A DNA stretch of 63,977 nucleotides, the filler included, from Intoshia linei (lineage: Eukaryota > Animalia > Orthonectida), in the NCBI GenBank assembly GCA_001642005.1. It is 12 parts of 12 records of this genome, joined end to end, with 100 filler letters (N's around TTAATTAATTAA, not from the genome) between each part and the next. Parts side by side here need not be neighbours in the genome. Positions count along the whole stretch, not along the records: positions 34,018 to 44,705 come from LWCA01001249.1; positions 44,806 to 52,879 come from LWCA01001487.1; positions 52,980 to 58,355 come from LWCA01001780.1; 9 more parts are not named here. The stretch is one strand, 5' to 3'. Positions 41,862 through 54,548 of this stretch are shown here, one piece after another. A program made the translations under genes and the position numbers. Each line of letters opens with the position of its first letter. The stretch's first letter is position 1. The notes beneath the pieces were generated by a model. It made no database searches and was not told where the DNA came from. It saw nothing but the letters and a program-made list of their open reading frames with translations.

Positions 41862-43908
41862 TGACTAGGGAAAGTTTTTTTCTAACATAAAATTTTAAAT
41901 TCTTATCTATAAATCTGACTTTTTAAGACCTATTAGAATTGTAATGGTAGTTTTTGGACCTAAAAATTTTTAATTACATAAAAAAATAAGATTATATAAT
42001 TTACAGTGTAGTATAGTAGTAACTCTGCCGAGTGTACTTTTTAATTCGACCCCAGAATAAAATCTTACATACAAAGACTATTATTCACTATTACCAATTA
42101 TTTAAAGCAAGGATGCCGAACCTGTCGATCGCCAAAATTAAAAAAGTAGAATTAATTTAATTATTTTAATATTGCTATTATAATTTATTTTTAACGTTGA
42201 TATTATATTATTTATTAGTTAATATTGTTAAAATTTGTACACATTTCAATAAATGCGATGTAACTTGTTTAAATCGTTATCTAATAAATAAATTAGTTTC
42301 TTATTTCATAAATTAGCTTTTACCGATAATTTTCAAATATACAGCGAAAGAGCTAGTAATTATTCCGAATTTTAATTTTTATGTTTTCTACGATAACACT
42401 AAAAATATTTAGTTAAACATTTTTTATTGGATTTTGCAAGGCGAATATTTTTGAAATAGGTTCCGATTATAAACATTTTTCTAGTCAATTTATTAACCGA
42501 TTTCCAAACATGTGAAGACAATTTTTTATTTTAAATTTTGGGATTATTACTTACAAAATTTTTTGTTAATTAAATATTTTCCCAAAAAAAAGTTTAAATA
42601 CAAGTAAAAAAAGTAGTATATATCTTTTTTGATCAGCAAGGCTTAATTTTGTGACATTGAAACTCTTTATGTATTTTAACTGGAAAAAGCTGTATTAAAT
42701 TTCATTTTTTTTAATTTTTGAAGTCAAATTTGCGATATAATTTAATCTTCTAAAAAATATATTAAAAATTAATGTTTTTAAATTCTAAAATGTAGCGATG
42801 TAGAGACTACATCTCTTAATTTCGTCAATAAATTGGAACAAAATTAGAAATTTAAATACAAACATTACATTTAATATGTCCGACCCACCAAATTATCAGA
42901 ATCTACCCTCCGGATCGTCACCATCATAAGGTTGGCCACACCTGCAATAGACTGTTGTTAATAGGTGCAGATATACATTATATTAATTAACGTCGTATAA
43001 TTATATAAAATTAATTTAAAAGTTTATTATTTATAACCTCCCTATTATAATAGATAATTATCTAGTTTGACGTCATTTCAAATACACATTGTGTAATACA
43101 AAATGATCTTGACTCATATTATCATGGTTTACAAATTTGATGCGGCCCGCCATAAATTCTAACTTGATATGGCTGGAATATAATATGTAATAAATACTCG
43201 CAAATGAATTATTTTTAATTGACATATTGTCTACTCCAAATTCGGATAGCAATTTCTAAGCTATAATCAATGATTATATGCTATATTATATTAGGAGTCA
43301 ACATCATGTAAGTGATCACTCATCACCCTGATCCAGTGGTTCCCAAAGTGGCCCACAATATTTGCTATGTGGCCACATGAAAAATATTAAATAACATGAA
43401 GATGAACATCATTTTATCAAAATGTTTTATTGACTAATTAGCTTTCACGTGCGTTTAATTTAACTTAGTTTGATAGTAGTTCTCAGATCCAAATCTAGCA
43501 AACTCGAGGCTATCCCGAAAAAAAAATAGCATCTTAGAAAGATGTTTTTTAGACAAATTGTAGTGTCACAGCTCTTATTATTATATTATATGCAAAATAA
43601 TATAAAACCTAACATATGGTCATTAACCATTAATGACGTTGGCTAAGAATGGTAAATTAATGTATAAGTATTAATTATTTTAACTAAATAATGAATAAGA
43701 CTAAACTTTATAGTGACCTTATCTATGGTATCATCAGAAAAACCGACCTATTACTTGAATATCTTGGCGAATAATCGTTAGAACGATTACTTGAAGCATC
43801 CATTTGCTATTTTATTAAATATACATAAAATTTAAATAAACATCATGATTTTGAAACGTTTAATAAAATAAACCACAAAATGATGATATACTATACAAAA
43901 TATACACA

Positions 43909-44705
43909 TTAATCATAATTTTTTTCAATAACACGTTGAGCACGAGAACTTTTAGGATATGCTAGAATATTTTTAGTCGCATTAGAATTATTGAAAAGTT
44001 TAACTTTGTCACCAAATGACATTCTTTCATAAGGATAATCTAAAGTAGTAGATTTAATCTTGTCATCAATTTTAAATTTGCGTTGAGCAATAATACGTTC
44101 TCTAGGGTCATTATAAATTTCATTAGTTCCGACTACACCAGATTGAGTAGTTTCATTCACCCTGTCATTTAATTTTTCAGTCAATTCTTCATTACTAAGT
44201 TTTTTAAATCTTAAATTTGAATTGCTGTCAGTATAAGTTGGTTCATTGATAGATTTAGAAATTGAGTCTATCGAGTTATATTCACGATTTAAATGATTAT
44301 TGCCATGACTATTAATTTTTACTCGGTTTCCAATGTCACTATCAGTACTAGACGCCTTACTGTTGTATCCATTTGCGTAAAACGGTTTGGAATCTAAATT
44401 TGGTTGTTGGTTTTCAAAACTTTTATAAAAATTTAGTCTTTCATTTTGGTTATTGATTTGAAGAGGTTTCATTTCCATTTTATATTCATTAGTACCATTA
44501 ACATCATCGATTACTTTTAAATTTGTAGAACTCAATTTACTTTTTTCTTGATTCTGTAATGAATGTGGTTTGGAAAATGAATTAATTATAGGAAGGTTAC
44601 TTTCTCTGTTAAAATTTTCAATACTATTCATTTTTTTGGGTTTATCTATCAAATTTTTCTTGACATTTCTATTTGATTGCAAATTTAAAGGAACCATTTG
44701 ATGTA
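43909..44705 (-). CDS. AFDN: Afadin/canoe C-terminal exon; 5' part lost at the spacer
   Basis: SGVVGTNEIYNDPRER...PYERMSFGDKVKLF...KSSRAQR* parallels canoe PGVIGAQEVYNDPR..PEKLSFKEKMKMF..KISRAQR. Confidence 0.75.
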
Positions 44706-44967
44706 NNNNNNNNNNNNNNNNNNNNNNNNNNNNNNNNNNNNNNNNNNNNTTAATTAATTAANNNNNNNNNNNNNNNNNNNNNNNNNNNNNNNNNNNNNNN
44801 NNNNNGAATGATAATGCAAATTGTTAGATTTTATTCTGGTCGCTTTAGTTAAGCACATTGTACATAAAATAAACTTTTTAAATTTCTGAGAAATGTGTTT
44901 TTTTATCATTTCACATTACACATATCTATAGAAATGTGTAACATTACACACTTTCTGGCAACTCTGG

Positions 44968-46370
44968 TAGGGCAAGCAAAAGTTAATTTTTGATATATGA
45001 TATGTTAATTAGTTTCAAATTTCAAACATGGTGGTACCAAAATTGTTCATATTAATTGACTAATTAAAAAATTTTTAGGTTAATAAAGTTAATAAAGTTA
45101 TAATTTTTCTTCATAAGTTACATTTTTTATATGAAGTTATAAAGTTACATTTTCAAATATTTAATGATTACACGTGCATTTTATTTTAAATTTTACTGAT
45201 TACGATTTATTATAAAGGTAATATTATGTTACTTTTTGTACTATTGATATTTAAGTATGCCAAAAATTCCAAAATCGAGACAGGAAAAAATCAGCAATAT
45301 TCTAAAACTTTTTCCAACTGAATTTAAAATGATGGACAACAATTTATTTTGTTTAAGATGCAATTGCAATGTCTCGTTTGATAAATTACATTATGTACAG
45401 GTACATAGAGGTTCATCAAAACACAAATCTTTAAATACTGTTATTCCTATACGAAAATACTTAAAAGTTAAGAGTTATTTGGCATTGAAAGTGTTAGAAG
45501 CTTTTTTGTCAGCAGACATACCATTATATAAATTAAATAATATAAAATTAAAAGAATTATTTATGAATATAGGTAAACCTTTACCATCTGAAAATAACTG
45601 TCGTGGTAAAGTTGACCTATTATATTCGAATGAAATTGAAAGAATTAAACTGTGTTGCTCAAATCAATTGATATTGATGATGTTGGATGAAACAGATTTA
45701 AATGGTGTTAAATATGTTAATGTTATGGTTGGTACATTAGAAAACCCTCAGAAATTAATGCTATTCGATTGTAAAAAAATTGATAGTAATATGAATGGCC
45801 AACTTGTACTGCACACTATTGATGATGTGATTAAATTGGTAAAAGACTCATTTAACACTAATAAAGCATTTGAAACATTACAAAATTTAAAATTTGTTCC
45901 AGATCCATGCAAAATACTTCATTACATAGAAAAAAGGTTGAAAACCAATGACATTACAAATATAATGATGGCTTTGGATAAATCTAAGCCTCCTTCACTG
46001 TACAGTAAATTAAGAAATGGACCATCAACATCTAATGGAATAAAGAGAAGTTTTAGTATGTTGAATAAAACAAAACATCTACATTGATAATATAATAATA
46101 TAATAAATTTGTATATAAACAAAATATCTTAACAAAACAAAGAAATTTTGCACATGACAATATAAAGAAATATTTAATATTGTACCATAATAAAGTATAA
46201 AATAATACTTTGTATTATTTGTATGAATTTCCAAGTAATAGTCACTTTTGTTAATCGATGAAGCATGAATTTAACTAAAGTTTATACATTTTTTATAGGT
46301 TAATGAAGTTACAAATTTTTTTTATAGGCTACATTTTTTTAATTTTATAGGTTATAAAAAGTTTGCCCTA
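44968..46370 (+). mobile_element. hAT-family (CGGBP1-like) transposon with an internally deleted transposase ORF 45257-46087
   Basis: TIRs TAGGGCAAGC / TAGGGCAAAC; C2H2 finger FCLRC..HRGSSKH; SADIPLYKL; LDETD; C-terminal PSTSNGIKRSFS (hAT dimerisation motif, ERSFS changed to KRSFS). No clear 8-bp TSD. Confidence 0.8.
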
Positions 46371-47864
46371 ATTATAAGTTATAAATTGGATGCTATAACT
46401 ATTAAATTATATGTTGCAATAATAATAACTCATTTAAAATTACAAACTATAAATAAACTTTATTATGAACATAAATAAATAATTTATATTATCGGCCAGT
46501 ATGGTAAAATCTGGTGAAGTGAATAGTGCAGTCAGAATTACACGATAACATTGTAACTAGATTTGTTTCTAATCAAATTAAAAAAATTGATTGAATTGTA
46601 TTTTTTAGTTTAAATTCTTTACGTTTACAATCAATTTATTGTTTGTTTATCAAAAAATCTTTTTTTGTTTCTTTACAGCTGATTATGTTATAAATTGAAT
46701 AATGGTGCCTATAAACCTAAGTTAAGACTAAAAAAACTAAATAATTAACTTTGAATTATCAATATAGCTTTATACACATTCATTCACTACAGACTAAAAA
46801 TTAAAACTGTTAAAACTGAAATATTAAGATTAATACAACTCTGTTTCACGATAATGAATTAATTGTTATGTCAAAGTTTAAGTCAAAATACAGTAAATAT
46901 TTAAATTATAAATTTTTCAAATAATTTACAACGGATTAGAAACGACTAAATATAAATATGAATAATATACATATGTATAGGGTCTCACTAAACAATGAAT
47001 CGCAGTGAAAAAATTTCTAAATAGTGAATCACAGTAAAAAAATTTTCTGGTCATTTTAGTACAATGGAAAACTTTTCATTGTTACCAAGTGAAATCGTTT
47101 GGAGCGGCCCTAGAATTATAAGACGTACATTTTAGAATCTAAAATTTAGATAACATATGTAACCAAGTAGCGGATAAAGATATATTTTTGCTGTTGTCAT
47201 GTGTTATTTTTTCATGGGCAAAGTTTTGTCTTTATCGATTTAAAAACATTTAGAACCAATTAAACTCTGAGATGCTGTAATTATTACGGTCTAATATAGA
47301 ATAGGTTTAATATGAAATGTTGGAAAAATGAATAAAAGATGTTGATAGAAATAAAAAAATTTGTTAGAATAGTAAATATTTTTAGCTTTACTGGCTAAAT
47401 TGTTATTAATACGTTTATATTAGAGCTGCAATAATTTTATTTATGCTTACACTAAAAGTAATTAATTATTTTCACTTTTATATCATGATATAATGATTAT
47501 TATTATCATGTTGAATATACAATTCAACGAACAATTTCTAATAAAAAATAAAATAAACACTTGGGTCGTAATGTTAAACTCGTATATTGTATTATTGGTG
47601 GTTGCTACATTTATATTTAACTTTTAATTTAAAATTAAAACTGTTTGATTATGAGTCCGGAATTTTCTCTGTATAAACTACAGATGTTTAAAATAAACTA
47701 ATGTAAACACAAACTTAATAGGATATAAGAATTTAAATTGAATTGCCTATAGGAAAAAGTTTTGAATCAATTGAAAATATAAATATTATTTATAATACTA
47801 TTTCAATTTTAGTTGTTTAAATACTTGATTTAATGTCCAACGTTTATACTTCGAATTTACCTAG

Positions 47865-50712
47865 ATCAAATGATTGCAAATCATCAAATATTTTGAAAAA
47901 ATATTGGAAATATATAGTCAATTGCTGTTATTGTCAAAAAAGAAAAAAAAGTAATTTATTATTTTTACCATTTCAACTCAATTTCGAAATTTAGAAAAAT
48001 TAAGTAATATTGAAACATTGATTGAAGCTGATTTAAGGGAAATTAGACTAATGTCGATAGCTAATAGTCAAAGGGATAAAAAGATGGTAGGTGAAAATAA
48101 ACAAAGGTAATTTTATTTTATGTTTGAATTTAAATGTCTAAAATAGCCTTCTCTACACTTTAAGTATTTTTATTTACAATTGCAGACAAATTTTATCAAA
48201 ATCAATTTTGACTAGTTATATTTCTCATATCATATCAAGATATTTCTCAGATCAGTATGACTCATATCCATTAGGGTGATCACTTGCATATTTTTTTAAA
48301 AGATCAAAAAGTAAACTGCACCGCAAAACTATGTGCATACTCCAAATTTGGCCATTAAATATATTTATATTATTCTAAATTAACTTTTATCATGACATGT
48401 CAATATAACGTTGAATCTGAACTAATATGCATAATTTCGTCACATTTTATTGTCTAATTAACTAAATAATTAACAATTCAATTTTACATTCTAAAATTTT
48501 TGTCGCAAAACTATGTGAAATTATATTTTTTAATTGAGTTTACTATCATAGAAACTTATTTTTAAAATGCCAAAACGTGGTAACTTATTATCGGAGTTTG
48601 AACAAGGTGTAATACAATCTATGATCTGTAATCTAAATCTGTAATACAACGGTGTACAGGTAATATATATATAATTATATTATCAAAAAAAATTAGATTT
48701 TTGGATAAAAAGTTACAAATATGTCCCATATTATAGAGCACCATTATTGTCACCACTTAATAAGAAAAATAGATTAAAATGGGCAAAGGAAACGCTATTA
48801 AAATTAACAACAAAAAAATTGAACTTGGAACAGGTAACATTCTCAGACGAAAAGATATTTTTACTCGACGGTCCGGATGGATGTCGAAAATATTGGGCAA
48901 AACACAATGAGATTTGAGAATTTTTCGGAAAAAAACTATTCTCGAAAAGCATTGTGGTATGGGCAGGAATAGGATTAAACGGTACCACATCTATTTATTT
49001 TACCGACCAAAATGTAAATTCAGATGTATATATCGACATATTGACCAAAGCTATCTTCATTTTTATGAGTTATACACCCGATTACGCTACTAATATTATG
49101 GAGAAATTAAAACTTAACTTTATTTTAACGGAAATTGGCGTTTGAACTTTTAAACGTGGTAATATTAATTTTAAATTATATGCATTAATTTTATATTTGT
49201 TACAAATTTTTATAACATTTTACTATGAAAATAAAGTTTAATTTAAACTTTTTAGGGAAAAATTTCGATGTCGAGTGGCCGGGTCCAAACTTAACCAATT
49301 TGAATAATTTTTTCAGGAAAGTGATCAGCATCACCAATAATTCTGATGGTGAAATATACTTTTGGATCTTTGAATATGGTGATCACCCTAATGTGTATAC
49401 GCGAATGTTGATCATAAATGGCGAAAAAGTATGGTGTGACTGTTATACAGGGGATTTGTCTTTTTTATTTATATAATATGCTACGCAATATTTGTTTGTG
49501 TGTGTTCACTTTATTGAAATAACTACCAATCTTAGAATTTCATTTAGAATTATATTTTTTTCCGCGACATATAAGATGAATGTCAACCTCCCAAACTCAC
49601 ATCTTACGGGTCAAAAACCCCAATTGTTTTTTTTGAAAATCAAACAAGTTGGAGAATTAAAAAAAAAATATACGCTGATACGGATTTTAAAATCATAAAC
49701 ATTGTCATAAATTTAAAAAAATTATATCTTCAGGGACAAAATCACAAATTGCCCTTCTTTTTTTAATGAAAACAGCACTAGAATTTAAAAAAATTTACAG
49801 ATGGTACAATTGTATCCTGTTAAAACACACAAAAAATTTCAATCCGAATAAGTGTCGATTTCACGGTTAAAAAAACATTTTAGTATTCATATATTTTATT
49901 AAAACAAAAAATGTGAAATAATTAACTAATTCATTTTGAAAAAGTGTCCCAAAACACGAGTATGTCCCACACCGAGGTTTGCCTCAAAGCGGGGTCGGAC
50001 TGTATTTATTAAATTGGTACTGAATATATCATCACATTGAAAATGACAAAATATGTTTTTATAATTTTAATTTTTTAATTTGTTATTTATGACAATTTTT
50101 AGGATTGGACTGTGTCTACTTTATTTTTAATATTATACACACATTCTGTCTAATAAATTAAAAAGATGGAATAACAATTGTTTTTAAAATTCTTTACGCA
50201 AATGTTAACAAATAAAAAATTAAGATGGAATAATTCACTTTAAAGTAAAAAGTAATGTGATATGATGGTTTCACCTGAACAAAATTTGGGACCAGTCATT
50301 TAAAGGATTGATAATAGTGAATAGTAGGATTTTTAAGTTAGATTTTCAATGTAAATTTATTTTTTGGTAGTATAAAAATGTTCCCTCGGTAGAACTAGGC
50401 TACGGGGATTGATAATAGTGAATAGTAGAATTTTTAAGTTAGATTTTCAACGTGAATTTTTTGATATAATAAAAATTGCCTTCAGCAGAGCTAGGTCCTG
50501 TTTGTACGTAGTACATAACAGTCAACCTAGTATGTTATACAAATGTAAATTGAATTTAGAAGCAAACCAAGTAGCAATATAATAGAACGTTTGAAAGCAA
50601 GTAGTAAATTTCTGTAAATTTCATTACATATTTTTTAGATTCGAAAAAAGTTTTGGAAAGTGAACAAAGCGATACTACTCTATACAATGGAGCACAAAAT
50701 TATCAATTTCTT
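47865..50712 (+). CDS. Four phase-compatible exons of an unidentified gene (47865-47950, 47995-48106, about 50560-50605, about 50639-50712)
   Basis: SNDCKSSNILKKYWKYIVNCCYCQKRKK|KKLSNIETLIEADLREIRLMSIANSQRDKKMVGENKQR|SKPSSNIIERLKAS|NSKKVLESEQSDTTLYNGAQNYQFL. GT-AG junctions, two tiny introns and one TE-filled intron. Confidence 0.45.
48271..49391 (+). mobile_element. Tc1/Tc3-like transposon, decayed
   Basis: TIRs TTAGGGTGATCAC / GTGATCACCCTAA; broken ORF MPKRGNLLSEFEQG..RLKWAK..VTFSDEKIFLLDGPDG..VWAGIGLNG. Confidence 0.85.
49459..50530 (+). mobile_element. Composite Helitron-like element
   Basis: Family 5' end and body, a block shared with 28714-28770, a duplicated subterminal block (about 50305-50400 and 50405-50495), and terminal hairpin + CTAG|T at 50527-50531. 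Confidence 0.65.
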
Positions 50713-51136
50713 GTAAAAATGACAAATTAAACAATTTGTAAAAATAAAAAATGTATGTACTAAATGCTGAGCTGTATTGTAAGAACCATATAATAATAAA
50801 AATATTATAATCTTGTTATCCACGTAATCCTACATATTTTGTTTATTTGTTATTACATGTGTTTTGTACACTTGTTATTTTTTACTTTATATGCTTTTTG
50901 CTTTTGTTGTGTCAAAATAGTAATACAATTGTAACTTAACATTGTAAACTAAAACTTAAAAAAACCCTTTTGAAATCATATCACATGATACATACAGTAT
51001 ACTGGCAATCATTTTGTTCCAATTCAAATAACTATTGACGATTTAAATGTATTCATATTAATCTAACTTGTTTCGTGTAAAAAGCCAATCTGTCGCTTTG
51101 AGTAAATAGTAATACATGCTGATCTTTTTGATTCAT

Positions 51137-51510
51137 GTCCCTCTTTTTGAAAATCAAACGAGTTGGAGAATTTAAAAAAATATATACGCTGATGCGAATT
51201 TTAAAATCATAAAAATTATCATATATGTAAATTTAAAAAAATTATATCTTCAAAACCCCAAATTTCCTTCCTTTTTTTTTTTTGAAAAGAGCCCTAGAAT
51301 TTCAAAAATTTACAGGTGGTAGAGTTGTATCATCTTAACACACATAAAAAATTTCAATCCGAATAAGTGACGACTTCACGGTTAAAAAAGCATTTTAGTA
51401 TTCATATATATTGTTTCCGAAATATTTTATTAACAAAAACAAAATTAAGTAAAACAAAAAATATGAAATAATTAACGGTCCGAAAATTTAAAAAAATGAT
51501 TATTCTAATA
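51137..51510 (+). mobile_element. Helitron-like family internal fragment
   Basis: Matches the body of the other copies. Confidence 0.65.
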
Positions 51511-51765
51511 TATTACTTTAATATTATAGTATAAATGATATTATACAATTAACGATTTAATTTCTCGAATTCTGGCTATTTACATTACTTAAATTGTATT
51601 CAAACCCAAAATAAAATCCAAAAAAATTGAAATAGAAACAAATTTTAAAAAATAAACTATAACTAAACATGAAGAACAGTATTATGAAGTCGGTACCACG
51701 TCTAAAAGCTCAAACACCAATTTCCGTTAAAATAAAGGTCAGTTTTAATTTTTTAATATATAGTA

Positions 51766-52481
51766 CAGGTTATTCTCGATTTTTTGACAAAAATAGTTGC
51801 AAAAACTGTTCAAATAATCGCGAATGTCAAAGAATCGCGAATAACTAACAATCTAAATCTTAATATTTATATAGCAAAATTTAGTAATTATAGGTTATTC
51901 TCGATATTTTGACAAAAATATTTGTTCAAATAATCGCGAATAACTATAACAATATAATTCACAATATTTATATAATTATTTGAATTAACAATTTTATTTT
52001 TTGGTATATCATATTTAAGCAAAATCCATACTTTGTAAATTTAAAAATAATAATGTATGATATCGACGAAAAACAGTATTAATAGCCTAATTTAAAACTA
52101 AAATAATATAACTGAAATCAAAGAGATATAATATACACTATACTACACAGATTATATATTTATTTTTTACATAATTTATATCTAAATTCACGAAGCATGA
52201 CTATGTCATTTAAATTACAATTATTTAATTATGCATAAGCGATGCATTTAATAAATTTTAATTTAGTTAATAAATTATATAAATTTAAATATGAACGGAA
52301 ATATAATTAACAATAATGATAACGCAATTTACGCAAACAGAAAATTAAAACAATAACTTTACTGTAGAAATTGAAAATTTTTACAAAACTTACAAAATGA
52401 AGTTCAGATTTTGTCAAATAATCGCGAATAATTTGACATTTTGTCAAAATATTGTGTGTGTAAAATATCAAGAATAACCTG
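51766..52481. mobile_element. MITE of Tc1/pogo type
   Basis: TIRs CAGGTTATTCTCGAT / CAGGTTATTCTTGAT, TA flanks, repeated internal TCAAATAATCGCGAAT motif, partial internal TIR duplicate at about 51891. Confidence 0.75.
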
Positions 52482-53369
52482 TATATATAGAAAACTTTAA
52501 ATGGTCAGGGTAACTTCACCATTAGGAGTTGGTCGAAAATATTTTACAATAGTTAATGTAAGTAATACCCATGAGACACCTTATTGCACAAGTCCCTTCC
52601 TGAAATTTATAAGTCACGTGATAGAAAATTAAAACAAATGTATGTTTATTTACACGAATTCTTATTCACAGTTCATATTAAAAATTTTTTCTTATAATAA
52701 ATATAATACACATCTAACTTTTATTTACATGAAATTCATATTATACAGCAGTGGTTCTCAACGTAGGCGGTAGCGCCCCCCCCCCCCTTCCAGGGGGCGT
52801 TTTCAAAATTTAGGGGGCCGCTGGGAATAATATTATTAAAAATTTCAAATATGTTGTTTTTCATATTGTCGACAAAAAANNNNNNNNNNNNNNNNNNNNN
52901 NNNNNNNNNNNNNNNNNNNNNNNTTAATTAATTAANNNNNNNNNNNNNNNNNNNNNNNNNNNNNNNNNNNNNNNNNNNNTGTATGCAATTAAAATTTCCT
53001 AAAACGTGCAAAGTAAAATATCCAAGATAAAATATATACTCCATGGTATAATATATAGATACGCAATATTATACATCATTTTTGAATATTAATTAATTCT
53101 GAGTAACCTTAACAGTAGATTGCATATTTTTAAAAATCATTTTGCTCGCTATATACAGTCTCAAATAAGGCTCACTGTTTTAGAACAATTTTATAGCTCA
53201 GAAAAAACGTAAAGTATTGTATTTTATTAGTGACACTTTCAATTGTTCACTTTGAATAATCTTTCGAAATAATTTTATGAAATAGTTTGGCTTTTATTTT
53301 GTGAAATTTAAGTTTTTTATGAACTGAAAATGTTATGTAAATTTAGTAAAACTGAATAGTCACGTAAGG

Positions 53370-53645
53370 GTTAAAAAAATATATCGTCAGGGCCAAAACC
53401 ACAAATTACCCTTTTTTTAATGAAAACAACCAATTTAAGAAAATGTACAGGTAGTACAGTTGTATCCTGTTAACACAAAAAATTTCAATCTGAATAAATG
53501 ACGCCTTCACGGTCAAAAAAGCACTCTAGTATTCATTTATTTTTTTTCTAAAATAATTTATTAAAACAAAAAATGTGAAATAATTAACGTTCCGAAAATT
53601 AAAAAATAAGATTATTCTGATAGAGCTTATTCCAGTTGATATAAA
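53370..53645 (+). mobile_element. Helitron-like family internal fragment
   Basis: Matches the reverse complement of about 41295-41560. Confidence 0.6.
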
Positions 53646-53899
53646 TACAAAATGTTTATTTATATGGTAGACACAAAAAAGCAAATTTTGAAAATTTCGA
53701 GCACTATAAAATGAAAAACACTGTTTCACATTCCGAGCAATGATAACAAATTTTTATTATAATGAGCAGATGTCAATTATTATCCAGGAAAAGAGCATTT
53801 CGATCACTTTACTCGTTTTTGTCTACTCTAGTGATCACCCTAATATATATAATTAATATATTTGTTAGCAATTATGTTCTTAATTTATTAAATATGCAT

Positions 53900-54516
53900 T
53901 AGTGTGTTCAACTTTGTTAAAAGTACTGAGTTTATTATTTTTTTTATACTCTATTTTTTAAAAACTCAGTACTTATTATTTATTATTATTAGAATAAGTT
54001 AATTTTTAAAAATTATTAATTTTGCCAATTAGATTGGTTTTTCAATCAATGCAAAAATTAATTTAAATATATAATTAAATTATCAATAACTGCAAATTGC
54101 AGTTTGCAACTAATGCATCAGTTGAAATATTATTTCCTGTGGTGGGGTTATTCAAGTCTATTCGTAAAATTGGGATTACGCCAGAATTAATTGAAACTGA
54201 ATTTTAAAATACAATAAAAACTGTCTACAAAAAGTAATTTATAGCCAATATTTTGTTAATAACAAATTTAATTATCTACTTTTAATGACACCACAAATGT
54301 AGTTTGTTATAAAATTCGAATATTATCTTACTCTAAATATCAGTTATTTATATATTGTAAATAATATAATATATTTCCTATTTCCATTGAAAATCAGACA
54401 CATTAATTTTATATTTTGAATATTTTACGTTTTGTAAACGAAAACTGAAAATTCATCAAATTTTTTAAAGTACTTAGTACTTACTGATTTTCTAAAAAAC
54501 TAAGTTGAACACACTA
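53900..54516. mobile_element. hAT-type MITE
   Basis: TIR TAGTGTGTTCAACTT at both ends; 8-bp TSD ATATGCAT / ATATTCAT (7 of 8). Confidence 0.8.
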
Positions 54517-54548
54517 ATATTCATATCTAATTTACTTTTATTTAATAG

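Noticed and set aside
52749-52825. G/C-run block as an RNA gene or G-quadruplex element
   Set aside because: Begins CAGTGGTTCTCAAC, a hAT-MITE terminus with relatives at about 32265, 43334, 54693, 57552 and 63537.
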